Source: an uncultured Actinomycetota bacterium (GTDB lineage: Bacteria > Actinomycetota > Acidimicrobiia > Spongiisociales > UBA4744). Taken from it: a DNA stretch of 64,000 bases. Positions 8,482 to 18,460 of the stretch are shown here, in pieces; position 1 is the stretch's first letter; every line of letters starts with the position of its first letter. Position numbers and translations under genes: made by a program. The notes under the pieces are model-generated. The model ran no database searches, was not told where the DNA came from, and saw only the letters and a list, made by a program, of their open reading frames with translations. The stretch covers positions 79,192 to 143,191 of the forward strand of contig CAWGNJ010000002.1 in the NCBI GenBank assembly GCA_963823915.1, written 5' to 3'.

Positions 8482-8949
8482 ATGCAGTATTGGCTGATGA
8501 AATCTGAACCCGGCGACTATTCGATCGATGACTTGCAGCGAGACGGCACCGAGCACTGGGACGGCATTCGCAACTACCAGGCCCGCAACCTGATGCGGGA
8601 TCAAATGGAGATCGGTGATCGTGTGCTGTTCTATCACTCCAACGCCAAGCCGCCCGGCGTGATCGGAATCGCGGAGATCGCCAGTGGTCCTTACCCGGAC
8701 TACTCACAATTCGATCCCAGCGAGAAGTACCACGACCCCAAATCGGACCCGGACAATCCCCGGTGGATCATGGTGGATGTGAAGTTCGTGGAGAAGCTGC
8801 CCAGGTTGGTCTCGCTCCCTGAACTACGGGAATACCAGGAACTGGCTGACATGGTGCTGCTCAATCGGTCCCGATTGTCGGTTCAGCCGGTGACAAAAGG
8901 CCAGTTCGAGTTCATCGTGGATCGGGCGCAGGAACCAGCTCCGGAGTAG
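8482..8949 (+). CDS. EVE domain protein
   Basis: MQYWLMKSEPGDYSIDDL..HWDGIRNYQARNLMRD..GDRVLFYHSN is characteristic of the EVE/PUA-like fold. Confidence 0.85.
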   Translation: MQYWLMKSEPGDYSIDDLQRDGTEHWDGIRNYQARNLMRDQMEIGDRVLFYHSNAKPPGVIGIAEIASGPYPDYSQFDPSEKYHDPKSDPDNPRWIMVDVKFVEKLPRLVSLPELREYQELADMVLLNRSRLSVQPVTKGQFEFIVDRAQEPAPE

Positions 8950-8955
8950 CTGCGG

Positions 8956-9192
8956 TCAGGCGCCGCCACCGAACAGCTGGGACTTGAGTTCTTTGCAGGT
9001 TGGACAGACCGGGTAGCGATCCGGGTCCCGGTTGGGAACCCACTTCTTGCCGCATAGCGCCACGACCGGCACGCCTTCGACATTGCTGAGGACGATGTCC
9101 GACTTTCGCACGTAGTGAGCGAACCGATCATGGCTCCCGTCACCCTCCGCCAGGCGAGGTTCGTGCTTCGTTTCCGGGGCAGTACCACTCAT
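8956..9192 (-). CDS. DUF3039 domain protein
   Basis: DRFAHYVRKSDIVLSNVEGVPVVALCGKKWVPNRDPDRYPVCPTCKEL matches the conserved actinobacterial DUF3039 pattern. Start set at ATG 9192. Confidence 0.75.
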   Translation of the reverse strand: MSGTAPETKHEPRLAEGDGSHDRFAHYVRKSDIVLSNVEGVPVVALCGKKWVPNRDPDRYPVCPTCKELKSQLFGGGA

Positions 9193-9218
9193 GTCCCCAT
9201 TCTCGCAGGAGAACCCCG

Positions 9219-9267
9219 GTTTTGGCGTCGCAGGACCACGCCACGCGTGTTTCCACGACGCCAAAAC
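9219..9267. repeat. nested-hairpin repeat, copy 1 (GTTTTGGCGTCG-25 nt-CGACGCCAAAAC)
   Basis: 12-bp outer stem. Inner stem CACGC/GCGTG (9237-9249). In a divergent intergenic region. Confidence 0.85.
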
Positions 9268-9323
9268 GGAGCGTAGTGTTGGATTTGAAGGGCAACAGCG
9301 TGGATCGACTCACTGTGCTCGCC

Positions 9324-9779
9324 ATGTTCAGCTGGCAGTACCTGCTGATGGCGTTCTTCGCCTGCTTGGGAATCGTGCAGTTGGCAGCGGCCCGGTCGGG
9401 AAGACGTCACCTCTGGTTGCTGGGCAATCGCCGGTGGACGGCCTTGGCAGGCGTCGTCCTGCTCATCGCCGGTGTGGTGCTCTTCTACCTGATGCCGCTC
9501 TTCGTGACCGGACCGTGGGGACCGCCCGACCCGATCGATGGCACGGCCACCCGAGCCCGGGCATCCCTCGACACGCTTCCCGAAGCCCGCAACCTCAACG
9601 ACACCGACGGTGGCCTATCGGGTCATTGGCAAGCCTTGTGGTTTGCGATCGCTTGGATATCGGCAGTGTTCTTTGCCAGGGCCGTGGGTCGTTGGCGGCC
9701 TCCACTCCAAGCGCAAGAGACAGCGGATAGTCAAGACGAGCGAGTCCTGATCGGTGTGACGTCGGGAGACCGCCGATGA
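9324..9779 (+). CDS. hypothetical membrane protein
   Basis: In-frame ATG 9324 inside ORF 9222-9779. Four predicted TM helices. Stop overlaps the next start (ATGA). Confidence 0.5.
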   Translation: MFSWQYLLMAFFACLGIVQLAAARSGRRHLWLLGNRRWTALAGVVLLIAGVVLFYLMPLFVTGPWGPPDPIDGTATRARASLDTLPEARNLNDTDGGLSGHWQALWFAIAWISAVFFARAVGRWRPPLQAQETADSQDERVLIGVTSGDRR

Positions 9780-10360
9780 TCTTCCTAGACGACACGGTGT
9801 TCCGTTGGCTCAACGAACTGGCCGGCCGGTCGGAGGTCATCGACGGGTTCGTCCGCTTCGCCATCGGCGACTATTTGATCCCGTTCGTCGCCACCCTGGC
9901 CATCGCCTGGTTGTGGTTTGCCGGGCGAGGAGATCGGGAGACCGGTCTTTTTCAGCATGCCGCGCTCCACGCATTGGTGGCCCTCGGCATCTGTCAGCTG
10001 GTGGTGGCCCTTATCAACATCGCCGTCGGGCGTCCCCGTCCTTTTGAGCAGCTTCCCGATGTGATCGTGTTGTTCTACGAGCCCATCAACTCGTCTTTTC
10101 CTGCCCACCCGGTGGCCACCGTCGTGGCACTGGGCCTGGTGCTCTGGACGGTCAAACCCCGGGCGGGAGGGTTGATCCTCCTGCTCGGGCTCCTGCTTGG
10201 GGTCGGGCGAATCATCGCCGGATTGTGGTTCCCCACCGACGTCCTCGGAGGCATCGCGGTCGGCGGTTTGTCGGCGCTGACGGGAGCGTGGACGCTCGGC
10301 CCGCTCCGCCGCGCCGAAGAGTTCATCCGAGCGAAAACCGCGCAGCTGGGGGTGGGCTAG
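9776..10360 (+). CDS. PAP2-family phosphatase-like membrane protein (divergent motifs)
   Basis: GRPRPF, SFPAHP and GRIIAGLWFPTDVLGG sit at PAP2 motif positions. The usual His of the third motif is absent. Confidence 0.65.
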   Translation: MIFLDDTVFRWLNELAGRSEVIDGFVRFAIGDYLIPFVATLAIAWLWFAGRGDRETGLFQHAALHALVALGICQLVVALINIAVGRPRPFEQLPDVIVLFYEPINSSFPAHPVATVVALGLVLWTVKPRAGGLILLLGLLLGVGRIIAGLWFPTDVLGGIAVGGLSALTGAWTLGPLRRAEEFIRAKTAQLGVG

Positions 10361-10370
10361 AAGCAACGGC

Positions 10371-10454
10371 GGGAAGTGGGAAGTCCGGACCCCGGTGACC
10401 CCTCCGGCATCAGGAGTTCGGACTCCAAACTTCGAACTCTGAACCTCGAACTCT
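10371..10454. repeat. mosaic of 7-bp repeat blocks, 12 heptads
   Basis: gggaagt gggaagt ccggacc ccggtga .. ggagttc ggactcc aaacttc gaactct gaacctc gaactct. Lies between convergent stops 10360 and 10456. Confidence 0.85.
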
Positions 10455-10455
10455 T

Positions 10456-11919
10456 CTACCCCTCGCCCAGCACAACGTCGACCGTCTCCACTGCGCCATC
10501 CCGATCGACGCTCAACTGCACGGTGTTGCCCACATGCGAACGACGCAGGAGGACGATCAGGTCCTGCATGATCTCGACCTCTTCGCCCTCGAAAGAGACG
10601 ATGAGATCACCGGCCAGCAGACCGGCTGCAGCCGCGCCGCCCACCGGATCGACTGATCCGATTTCAACCCCGGCAGGAACCTGGGCGCCATCGGCGGCCG
10701 TGTCGAAGCTCGTTCCGCCGGTGATCCCCAGGAATGCAGTTCCGGCCCGACCGTTCGCAATCAACTCCTCAACAACTCGTTCGACGATCTCGACGGGCGT
10801 GGCAAAACCGATCCCTTCTACGCCTATCTCCGATACCCCGACGGCGGTCGTGATCCCGATCAATCGACCCGTCTCGTCGACCAGCGCTCCTCCACTAGAT
10901 CCTTGAGTAATCGGAGCGTCAGTCTGCAACATTCCATAGAGGGGGTCGCTGCCGCCGGTTTGCACCAACCGGTCGAAGGCGGAAAGCACGCCCACGGTTA
11001 GCGACGGGCCTCCGTCAAGTCCAAGCGGGTTCCCAACCGCCACCGCGGGGTCTCCCACGGACAGGTCGTCGGACGATCCCAATTCGATCGGGACTAGGTT
11101 GTCGGCATCGATCTTGAGGACCGCTAGATCAGTAACCGGATCGGTACCTACCAGGGAGGCTTCGTAGACCCGCCCATCGGCGAACACCACCCGGTAGGCC
11201 GGACTGCCGGAAGCGACATGATCGTTGGTGATGATGTGGCCTTCCGTGTCAAACACGACACCTGATCCGGATCCACGCCGGCTGAAGCCGGTGGGGCCTT
11301 CCTGTCCGACCTGCACGCTGACGGTGGAAGGGATCACGACTTCGCCCACCAGAACGGCATCGACATTGGCTTCGCGCAGTTGAAGCGTTGCTGATCCGGT
11401 CGACGGAGGGGTAGCGGTCTCAGCGACCTGGTCGACCACTGTCGTGGTGGTAGTGGTAACCGGATCTTCGGAGAAGTCGAGGGCACCGACCCCGGCCACT
11501 GCGGCCAGCGCCACCACGGCCCCCAAGAATCCAGACACCATGGGGATCAAAACCCGGCCCCGCGGCCGGTCGGCCGGTTTTGAAGTGTCGAGGGATCCTG
11601 TCACTCCCCCCACAATGGGGGCGGGGGGCGAAACGGGTCCGGCCGGCCACTCCACCGTCGGCGGAAGGGCCTGCCGTCCAGGAAGATCGAAGCGGGCTGG
11701 GTCAAGGCGATCCCGAGGGGGCGAATCGCTCCATGCGGGACGCATCGGCTCAAAGCGTCCGGAATCGGGTTCTTCGACCGTCGACTCATTGTCCCGGACG
11801 TTCGTATCCCGTCCGGCGGCATCGTGGTCGGCGTCGGGAGGCGTGGTCGCCTCTCCGTGAATGAGCGATGACGGCTGGTCATCGTCAGACCGTGGATCCT
11901 GGTTGGGGTACATATTCAT
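10456..11919 (-). CDS. HtrA/PepD-like S1C serine protease with PDZ domain
   Basis: HIITNDHV, DLAVLKI and TQGSSGGALVDE catalytic text followed by a PDZ domain. Pro-rich N-terminus plus one TM. Start set at ATG 11919 (MNMYPNQ, GGAG upstream). Confidence 0.85.
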   Translation of the reverse strand: MNMYPNQDPRSDDDQPSSLIHGEATTPPDADHDAAGRDTNVRDNESTVEEPDSGRFEPMRPAWSDSPPRDRLDPARFDLPGRQALPPTVEWPAGPVSPPAPIVGGVTGSLDTSKPADRPRGRVLIPMVSGFLGAVVALAAVAGVGALDFSEDPVTTTTTTVVDQVAETATPPSTGSATLQLREANVDAVLVGEVVIPSTVSVQVGQEGPTGFSRRGSGSGVVFDTEGHIITNDHVASGSPAYRVVFADGRVYEASLVGTDPVTDLAVLKIDADNLVPIELGSSDDLSVGDPAVAVGNPLGLDGGPSLTVGVLSAFDRLVQTGGSDPLYGMLQTDAPITQGSSGGALVDETGRLIGITTAVGVSEIGVEGIGFATPVEIVERVVEELIANGRAGTAFLGITGGTSFDTAADGAQVPAGVEIGSVDPVGGAAAAGLLAGDLIVSFEGEEVEIMQDLIVLLRRSHVGNTVQLSVDRDGAVETVDVVLGEG

Positions 11920-12013
11920 CTCCGTCTGCAACGTCTTCTCGTAGAAATTATTCGAATCCGATGTGAGTACCGGATGAACCGAAGCTAAGAAGCTGGTGAG
12001 AACTCTCTGTCGA

Positions 12014-13363
12014 TCACACCGTGGCGGGGATCTGGAATCCCACCCGGGCGCCACCGCCGGGTGTCTCGTCGGCCCATACCCGACCGCCGTGGAGGTCGAT
12101 CACCTGTTTGACGATCGCCAGGCCGAGGCCCGATCCAGGCATCGACCGGGCCGTCGCGGAACGGTAGAAACGATCGAACACGTATGAACGATCTTCCAGG
12201 CCAATGCCGGGGCCGTGATCGATCACTTCCACTGATCCACCCCGAACCGAAACCTCGATGGGGACATCGGGTGGACTCCACTTATGGGCGTTGTCGACCA
12301 GGTTGATTACCGCCCGCTCGAGCATCCCCGGCCGGCCTTCCACGGTTCCCCCGTCCCCTGTCACCACTACGGTCCGGCCCGTTCGCCGGCGGGCCCGCTC
12401 GGCCACCTGTTCGACAAGTTCGGCCAGATCGACTTGGGACACTGGCTCCTCGGCGATCCGGGCGTCGGTGGCCAGTTCAACCAGTTCCGACACCAACTCG
12501 GTCAGCTCCTCCAGTTCAAAGGTCACGTCGGCCAGCAGTTCCTGTTTCTCGGCACCTTCCATGTCGTCCGACTTGGCCAGTACCTCGATGTTCGTACGAA
12601 GCGAGGTGAGCGGGGTGCGCAACTCATGGCTGGCGTCGGCTACAAGTTGCTGCTGCTGTTGGCGGGAAGCACCCAGCGCTTTCAGCATGGTGTTGAAGCT
12701 GGAAGCCAGCCGCCCGATCTCATCGTTCCGATCGACGGCGATGGGAGCATCGAAATCCTGGGTAGTGGCCACATGTTCGGCAGTGGCGGTCAACTCACCG
12801 ACCGGCTTCAGCGCCCGGCCGGCGACCAACCAACCCATGAGGGCGGCGAGGAGAACACCCAAGCCGCCAATGCCAAACAGACGCAATCGGAGTCCATTGA
12901 CGATGGCATCGGTTTCGCTCATGTCGCGAGCGATCTGGATCGCGTAGCCGTCTCCCCAGGGAGCGGTGATCATCCGGTAGTGGGTCTCCTCCACGTACAC
13001 ATTGCGCGGTTCGACGTAGAGGCGCTCACCGACGACCTGTAGGTCGGTTTCCGAGATCGGCAGTGCCGGGCCGCCGCGCAAGAACGCGACCACCTCTCCC
13101 TCTTCGTTGAATGCCTGGAAGGCTGAGTCCGGTCCGAAGACGTCAAAGATCCCGAATCCACCCATCCCGAACTCACGCGAGGCAGGGAAGCGGCCTCCGC
13201 CCTCGGCGAGTGCTGTGAGAGCGGAAGCTCGCTGAACCAGGAACTGATCGATTTCGCCTCTTGCTTCGCGAGTGGCCGAGACGTAAGCCGCCCCGGCCAC
13301 CGCCGCTACCGCCATGGCCACCGCCAGGGCTACAAAAAGAGAGAGCCGGGCGCGCAGGGTCAC
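12014..13363 (-). CDS. sensor histidine kinase (MprB-like)
   Basis: Two TM helices, HAMP, H-box [35 protein letters not shown]. 4-nt overlap with the regulator upstream. Confidence 0.9.
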   Translation of the reverse strand: MTLRARLSLFVALAVAMAVAAVAGAAYVSATREARGEIDQFLVQRASALTALAEGGGRFPASREFGMGGFGIFDVFGPDSAFQAFNEEGEVVAFLRGGPALPISETDLQVVGERLYVEPRNVYVEETHYRMITAPWGDGYAIQIARDMSETDAIVNGLRLRLFGIGGLGVLLAALMGWLVAGRALKPVGELTATAEHVATTQDFDAPIAVDRNDEIGRLASSFNTMLKALGASRQQQQQLVADASHELRTPLTSLRTNIEVLAKSDDMEGAEKQELLADVTFELEELTELVSELVELATDARIAEEPVSQVDLAELVEQVAERARRRTGRTVVVTGDGGTVEGRPGMLERAVINLVDNAHKWSPPDVPIEVSVRGGSVEVIDHGPGIGLEDRSYVFDRFYRSATARSMPGSGLGLAIVKQVIDLHGGRVWADETPGGGARVGFQIPATV

Positions 13364-14052
13364 GATTCTCTCAGCGCGTAACCGACGCCGCGCACCGTAT
13401 GGATCAGGCGAGGTTCGTCCTCGGCCTCGGTCTTGCGGCGCAGGTATCCGATATAGACGTCCAGCGAATTTGAAGAGGTTCCGAAATCGTATCCCCAGAT
13501 TCGCTCGTAGATGACTTCCCGGGTGAGCACGATGCCGGAATTGAGCAACAGCAATTCGAGCAGATCGAACTCTGTTTTGGTCAGCTCTATCAATCGACCG
13601 GCGCGTTCCACCCGGCGAGTCTCCGGGTCGAGGGTGAGATCGGCAAACGTCATGGGACCGCCCAGATCTTCGGGAGCCGTTCGCCGCAAGAGAGCACGGA
13701 GGCGGGCCAGCAGCTCTTCGAGAGCAAACGGTTTGACGAGATAGTCGTCGGCTCCGGCGTCCAATCCGGCGACTCGATCGGAGATGTCGTGCTTGGCGGT
13801 GAGCATCAGGATCGGTAGGTCATCCCCCTTGGCGCGGATCCGCCTGCACACCGACAACCCGTCAACGTAGGGCATCATGATGTCCAGAATCAGGGCGTCG
13901 GGCCGGTCGTCCTTGATGGCCTCCAGTGCTTCTGCACCGTCCACGGCCAAGCTGATCTCGTAGCCCTCGAAACGGAGAGCCCGTTGCAACGACTGTCGCA
14001 CACTCCGATCATCCTCGGCGATCAGCACCCTGGCGCCGTTCGTTTCTGTCAT
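13360..14052 (-). CDS. OmpR/PhoB-family response regulator (MprA-like)
   Basis: REC domain ([18 protein letters not shown]) plus winged helix ([20 protein letters not shown]). Confidence 0.9.
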   Translation of the reverse strand: MTETNGARVLIAEDDRSVRQSLQRALRFEGYEISLAVDGAEALEAIKDDRPDALILDIMMPYVDGLSVCRRIRAKGDDLPILMLTAKHDISDRVAGLDAGADDYLVKPFALEELLARLRALLRRTAPEDLGGPMTFADLTLDPETRRVERAGRLIELTKTEFDLLELLLLNSGIVLTREVIYERIWGYDFGTSSNSLDVYIGYLRRKTEAEDEPRLIHTVRGVGYALRES

Positions 14053-14109
14053 GGGGAATCCCTTGAGGTTTCTTTGCCGAAACTGTACAACGGCCTACCT
14101 ATGAGCACA

Positions 14110-14138
14110 CTGAGAGCTAGATGAGAATCGGGTGAGAA
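14110..14138 (-). promoter_or_regulatory. three phased hexamers TTCTCA-ccc-GATTCTCAT-ctag-CTCTCAG upstream of the MprA-like regulator
   Basis: On the plus strand, TGAGAG, TGAGAA and TGAGAA start at 14111, 14122 and 14133 (11-bp spacing). The array ends 57 nt before the start codon at 14052. Confidence 0.55.
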
Positions 14139-14161
14139 GCGCAACTATTCCTGGGCCGTGC

Positions 14162-14181
14162 GATTCTCATATGTTTTTCAT
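14162..14181 (+). promoter_or_regulatory. GATTCTCAT-atgt-TTTTCAT box upstream of the lipoprotein/HlyD-like/MacB-like operon
   Basis: Proximal end lies 65 nt before ATG 14247. Forms a 10-bp inverted repeat with 14121-14130. Confidence 0.55.
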
Positions 14182-14246
14182 GTGACTATCAGAATCCCCT
14201 TAGCGCCGGATACGAGAGTGAAAGAGTTCTCGAAAGGAATCCCTGA

Positions 14247-14870
14247 ATGAAACGAAGGCTCATCCTCCTGCTGACAGTCCTGGCCCTGGTGGCCGCGGCC
14301 TGCTCGAGCAACGACACCGGCGGTGAAGTCGCCACGCTCGAAGGATCTGTTACCACTCTGGCGGAGGTGGTGGACAACCCAACCGACGATGAGGTGGACA
14401 CCGAACAGGCGATGCTCAATTTCACTCAGTGCCTCCGTGACGAGGGCCTAGAAATCCCTGACCCGGAAATGGATGCGGATGGGAATCTCAACTTCCGCCA
14501 GCTCGCTGATGGAGCGGAAGATGTCGACCGCGAAGCCCTCCGAGCTGGATTTGAGGCTTGCCAATCTGAGCTGGAAGGCATCACTCTGCGGGGCGGAGGT
14601 ATTGACCGGACGGCGATCCAGGACACCCTCATCGAGTATGCCGCCTGCATGCGAGACAACGGCTACGACATGGAAGATCCCGACCTTTCGGACTTCGGAC
14701 CCGGGGCCGGCGATGGTGAAGGTCAACCCGGCGGGGGTGGCGGGCCATTCGGCGACATCGACCCTGAGGATCCGGCGTTCGTAGCCGCCAACGAGGTTTG
14801 CCAGGGGATCTTCGTCAGTGCGGTCCCCCGCTTCCTCGGCGGTGAAGGCCAAGGCTCGGGAGGCGAATGA
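14247..14870 (+). CDS. lipoprotein, function unknown
   Basis: Lipobox LVAAAC-S, acidic mature part with paired Cys. 4-nt overlap with the next gene. Confidence 0.65.
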   Translation: MKRRLILLLTVLALVAAACSSNDTGGEVATLEGSVTTLAEVVDNPTDDEVDTEQAMLNFTQCLRDEGLEIPDPEMDADGNLNFRQLADGAEDVDREALRAGFEACQSELEGITLRGGGIDRTAIQDTLIEYAACMRDNGYDMEDPDLSDFGPGAGDGEGQPGGGGGPFGDIDPEDPAFVAANEVCQGIFVSAVPRFLGGEGQGSGGE

Positions 14871-16453
14871 TGAGAACTGTTCCGAGCGAGGAGGACGCCC
14901 CGGTCCCGGCGGAGGACCGGGAGTCAGAGGAGGCAGTTTCGGTGGATGAACCGAAGAAACGAAGCAGCCGCGGATGGATAGTTGCGGTGATCGTTGCGGC
15001 TGCCCTGGCTGCGGCTGTGTGGTTCATAACCCAGAACGGGACAAACGAGACCGACTCTGCAGCCGCTATCCCGCTCAGTTTCTCTGAAGTGGTCATCCGC
15101 GATCTCGAGGAGATTGAGGAGTTGTCCGGCACGCTTGGTTTCGATGCCGGAGATCCGATTTCGTCACGGTTCGCGGGCACGCTGACTTCGTCGGTTGAGG
15201 CCGGCGATGTTGTCCACGAAGGCGACGCTCTCTTCGCGATCGACAATCAGCCGATTGTGCTTCTCTACGGAAGTGACCCGATTTATCGGAACCTGGCCAT
15301 CGGCGAGGACCAGGTCCAGGTCATGGGACGCTTGGCGGGGCCCATCACCGAGATCGTCGAACCGGGCACGATCATCGAACAAGGCGATGTGCTGTACCGG
15401 GCCGACGGTGAGCCGGTCGCGGTGTTGTACGGCGACACCCTCGCCTACCGCACCCTGCGGGACGCATCCACCAACCTGACCGGTGCCGACGTCGAGCAAC
15501 TCGAAACGGCATTGGTGGCCCTCGGCTACGACCCGAACGAAACCCTCACCGTGGATGATGAGTTCACCTACGCAACCGGGCAGGTGGTCGAGGATTGGCA
15601 ACGTGACATCGGCGCCAACGACGACGGCGTCCTCAATTTGGGCGAAGTCGTGTTCATCCCCGGACCGGCCCTTGTAGTCGACGCCGCCCAATCCGGCGAT
15701 ACGGCCGGTCCCAACGCCCCCGTCTTGATCCTCCTGACCGGCGATCCGATGACCGGCACCGATGTCTCACAACTCGAGAATTCTCTGTCGACGCAAGGAT
15801 TCGACCCCGGAACGGTTGACGGAGTATTCACCGTGGAGACTCAGGAAGCCTTGATCGATTGGCAACAGTCGGTCGGCATGGAACCCGACGGCGTGGTCGA
15901 CGTTGGGGAGGTGATCTTCCTTCCCGATTCGATACGCATCGCGGCCGCCAATGTGACTGTTGGCTCCTCAGTGAATCCTGGTGCTGCGGTACTGGCAACA
16001 TCCTCGAACCAGAGCATCGTCGCCGTAGCCCTCGCCGCCCGCGACCAGGGTCTCCTGGCCGAAGGCGATCAGGTCACCGTGGTGCTTCCGAACGATGTGG
16101 AAACACCTGCCACGGTCACCTTTGTGGCGGCCCTGGCAACCGTTTCCGGCGCCGGTCAAGAACAGCAGGCGACTTTCGAAGTCCTCATTGAGCTCGATGA
16201 TGACTCCGAAGCCGCCGGATTCGACGAAGCCCCCGTTGATGTCCTGGTCATCACCGATCAACGCCTGGGCGCATTGGCGGTGCCGGTTAGCTCCTTGCTG
16301 GCACTCGCCGAGGGCGGGTACGCGGTAGAAGTGGACCGGGGCAACGGGCAAACGGCCCTGGTGGCGGTGGACCCGGGCATGTACGCCGACGGGTATGTAG
16401 AGATCGAGGCGGAAGGCCTCCAGCCGGGCGACCGGGTGGTGATGGCCCGATGA
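14867..16453 (+). CDS. membrane-anchored HlyD-like adaptor with two peptidoglycan-binding (PG_binding_1-like) repeats
   Basis: One N-terminal TM. Repeats LTGADVEQLETALVALGYDP..WQRDIGANDDGVLNLGEVVF and MTGTDVSQLENSLSTQGFDPG..WQQSVGMEPDGVVDVGEVIF. Followed by a MacB-type ABC pair. Confidence 0.7.
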   Translation: MMRTVPSEEDAPVPAEDRESEEAVSVDEPKKRSSRGWIVAVIVAAALAAAVWFITQNGTNETDSAAAIPLSFSEVVIRDLEEIEELSGTLGFDAGDPISSRFAGTLTSSVEAGDVVHEGDALFAIDNQPIVLLYGSDPIYRNLAIGEDQVQVMGRLAGPITEIVEPGTIIEQGDVLYRADGEPVAVLYGDTLAYRTLRDASTNLTGADVEQLETALVALGYDPNETLTVDDEFTYATGQVVEDWQRDIGANDDGVLNLGEVVFIPGPALVVDAAQSGDTAGPNAPVLILLTGDPMTGTDVSQLENSLSTQGFDPGTVDGVFTVETQEALIDWQQSVGMEPDGVVDVGEVIFLPDSIRIAAANVTVGSSVNPGAAVLATSSNQSIVAVALAARDQGLLAEGDQVTVVLPNDVETPATVTFVAALATVSGAGQEQQATFEVLIELDDDSEAAGFDEAPVDVLVITDQRLGALAVPVSSLLALAEGGYAVEVDRGNGQTALVAVDPGMYADGYVEIEAEGLQPGDRVVMAR

Positions 16454-17200
16454 ACCTTCGCCGACGCAACGGCGGGCGCGGTCCCGGCGGAGAGCGTCTG
16501 ATGATCGACCCGGGCGTCGTGTTGTCACTCCGGGGGGTCACCAAGACCTATCCGGGCACCCCGCCGGTGCGGGCGCTGCGAGGTGTAGATCTGAAAATCC
16601 GACTGGGAGAGCTGGCCGGCATCGTCGGGCCGTCCGGGTCCGGAAAGTCGACCTTGCTCCACATCATGGGCACTCTTGATCTGCCCACGCGCGGAGAGGT
16701 TCACCTGGCCGGGCATCAGGTCTCCGCCTTGAACGACAAAGAACTGTCAGCGCTCGGTCGCGCCACATCGGTTTTGTCTTCCAGCAGTTCCATCTCCTCA
16801 ACAGCCAGTCGGCCTTGGACAACGTGGCGGACGGCCTGCTCTACACCGGTACGCCGATCGCAGAGCGCCGGGAGCTCGCCGGCGCTGCCCTGCAACGGGT
16901 CGGGTCTGGGCCATCGGCTCGATCACTCGCCAACAAATTGTCCGGCGGCGAACGGCAGCGGGTGGCGGTCGCCCGGGCCATCGTCGGCCGGCCGGCGATG
17001 GTGCTGGCAGACGAACCAACCGGCAATCTCGACAGCAAGTCCTCGGACGGCATCGTCGAGCTGATCGAAGAACTCAACGCCGAAGGCATAACCATGCTGG
17101 TCATCACCCACAACCAGGAGATTGCCGAGCGATTCCCCCGGCAAGTTGGCGCTTCTCGACGGGACGATCGAATACGATCGCGCATCGGCGGCGGCTGTGA
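16450..17200 (+). CDS. ABC transporter ATP-binding protein (MacB/LolD type), frame-interrupted
   Basis: [12 protein letters not shown] in 16450-17064 and LSGGERQRVAVARA..LADEPTGNLD in 16815-17465. Breaks near 16760 and 17150. 3' end approximate. Confidence 0.8.
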
Positions 17201-17201
17201 C

Positions 17202-18399
17202 ATGCCGCACCGAGCTGATCCCAGCAAACTCCACGCCGGCGACATCCTCCGCACCTCCGCTGTAGGACTGCGCACCAGAAAGATGCGGGCGGCCCTCTCG
17301 GCGCTTGGCATCATGATCGGCATCGCCTCAATGGTCGCCGTGCTCGGACTCTCCGAATCATCAAAGTCCGACCTGCTCGCCCAACTCGACCGGCTGGGCA
17401 CCAATCTGCTCACCGTCCAGGCCGGGGACCGGGATCGGTCGCGGCAACGGCGAATTGCCGGCTGAGGCGGCGGCGATGGTCGAACGTATCGGACCGGTCG
17501 ACGAGGTCTCGTCGGCAAGCGATATCGACGCCAACGTGTACCGCACCGACTACATCCCCTCCGGCCAATCCGGCGGCATCACCGTCAAGGCGGTGGACAT
17601 CGAACCTGTTGACACGCTGCAGGGAACCGTGGCCGACGGGCGTTTTCTCGACGAAGCCAGCGGCGCATACCCGACGGTGGTGCTCGGAGCGGTGGCTGCA
17701 GAACGGTTGGGCATCACCGACCTCGACGGCAACCCGCTCGTCTGGCTCGGCGACCAGTGGTTCGGCGTCATCGGCATTCTCGAACAGTTCGACCTGAGCG
17801 CCGATCTCGACCGGGCCGCGCTGGTCGGCTGGAGGCCGCTGCAGACGTACTTCGAGTCGAGAACATGCCCGACGTCATCTACGTTCGAACGGATCCCGAG
17901 CAAGTCGACAATGTGATGGGCGTGTTGGCCGCCACCGACCAATCCGGAGAACCCGGAGGAGGTCGAGGTGGCTCGACCGTCCGACGCTCTCGAAGCTCGG
18001 GATGCCGCCGAGATGCCTTCACCGCGCTGTTCCTCGGGCTGGGGGCGGTCGCGCTCTGGTCGGCGGGGTCGGCATCGCCAACGTGATGGTGATCTCGGTG
18101 CTGGAACGCCGGGCCGAGATCGGCCTGCGCCGCGCGCTCGGTGCGACCAAGCGCCACATGCCATCCAGTTCCTCGGGGAAGCGTTGTTGCTGGCCGTCAT
18201 CGGTGGCGTCGGCGGCGTGATCCTCGGATCGGCAGTAACCGCCGGGTACGCCTCCATCCGTGGTTGGGGGATTCTCATCCCGGAGATTGCCCTGATCGGT
18301 GGATTCGCAGCTGCAATCTTGATCGGCGCCATCGCCGGCCTCTACCCGGCCCTTCGAGCAGCTCGCCTCTCCCCCACCGAGGCCTTGAGAACCACCTAA
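17202..18399 (+). CDS. FtsX/MacB-type ABC permease, frame-interrupted
   Basis: N-terminus LRTRKMRAALSALGIMIGIASMV, periplasmic core in 17455-17916, FtsX C-terminus in 17968-18399 (GLYPALRAARLSPTEALR). At least 3 breaks. Confidence 0.75.
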
Positions 18400-18403
18400 A
18401 AGC

Positions 18404-18454
18404 GGTTTTGGCGTCGTTGATGCATGCTGTCCATGTCTGCACGACGCCAAAACC
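18404..18454. repeat. nested-hairpin repeat, copy 2 (inverted loop orientation)
   Basis: GGTTTTGGCGTCGT / ACGACGCCAAAACC, 14-bp stem. Inner stem CATG/CATG (18423-18435). Between convergent stops 18399 and 18461. Confidence 0.9.
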
Positions 18455-18460
18455 ATCTTT

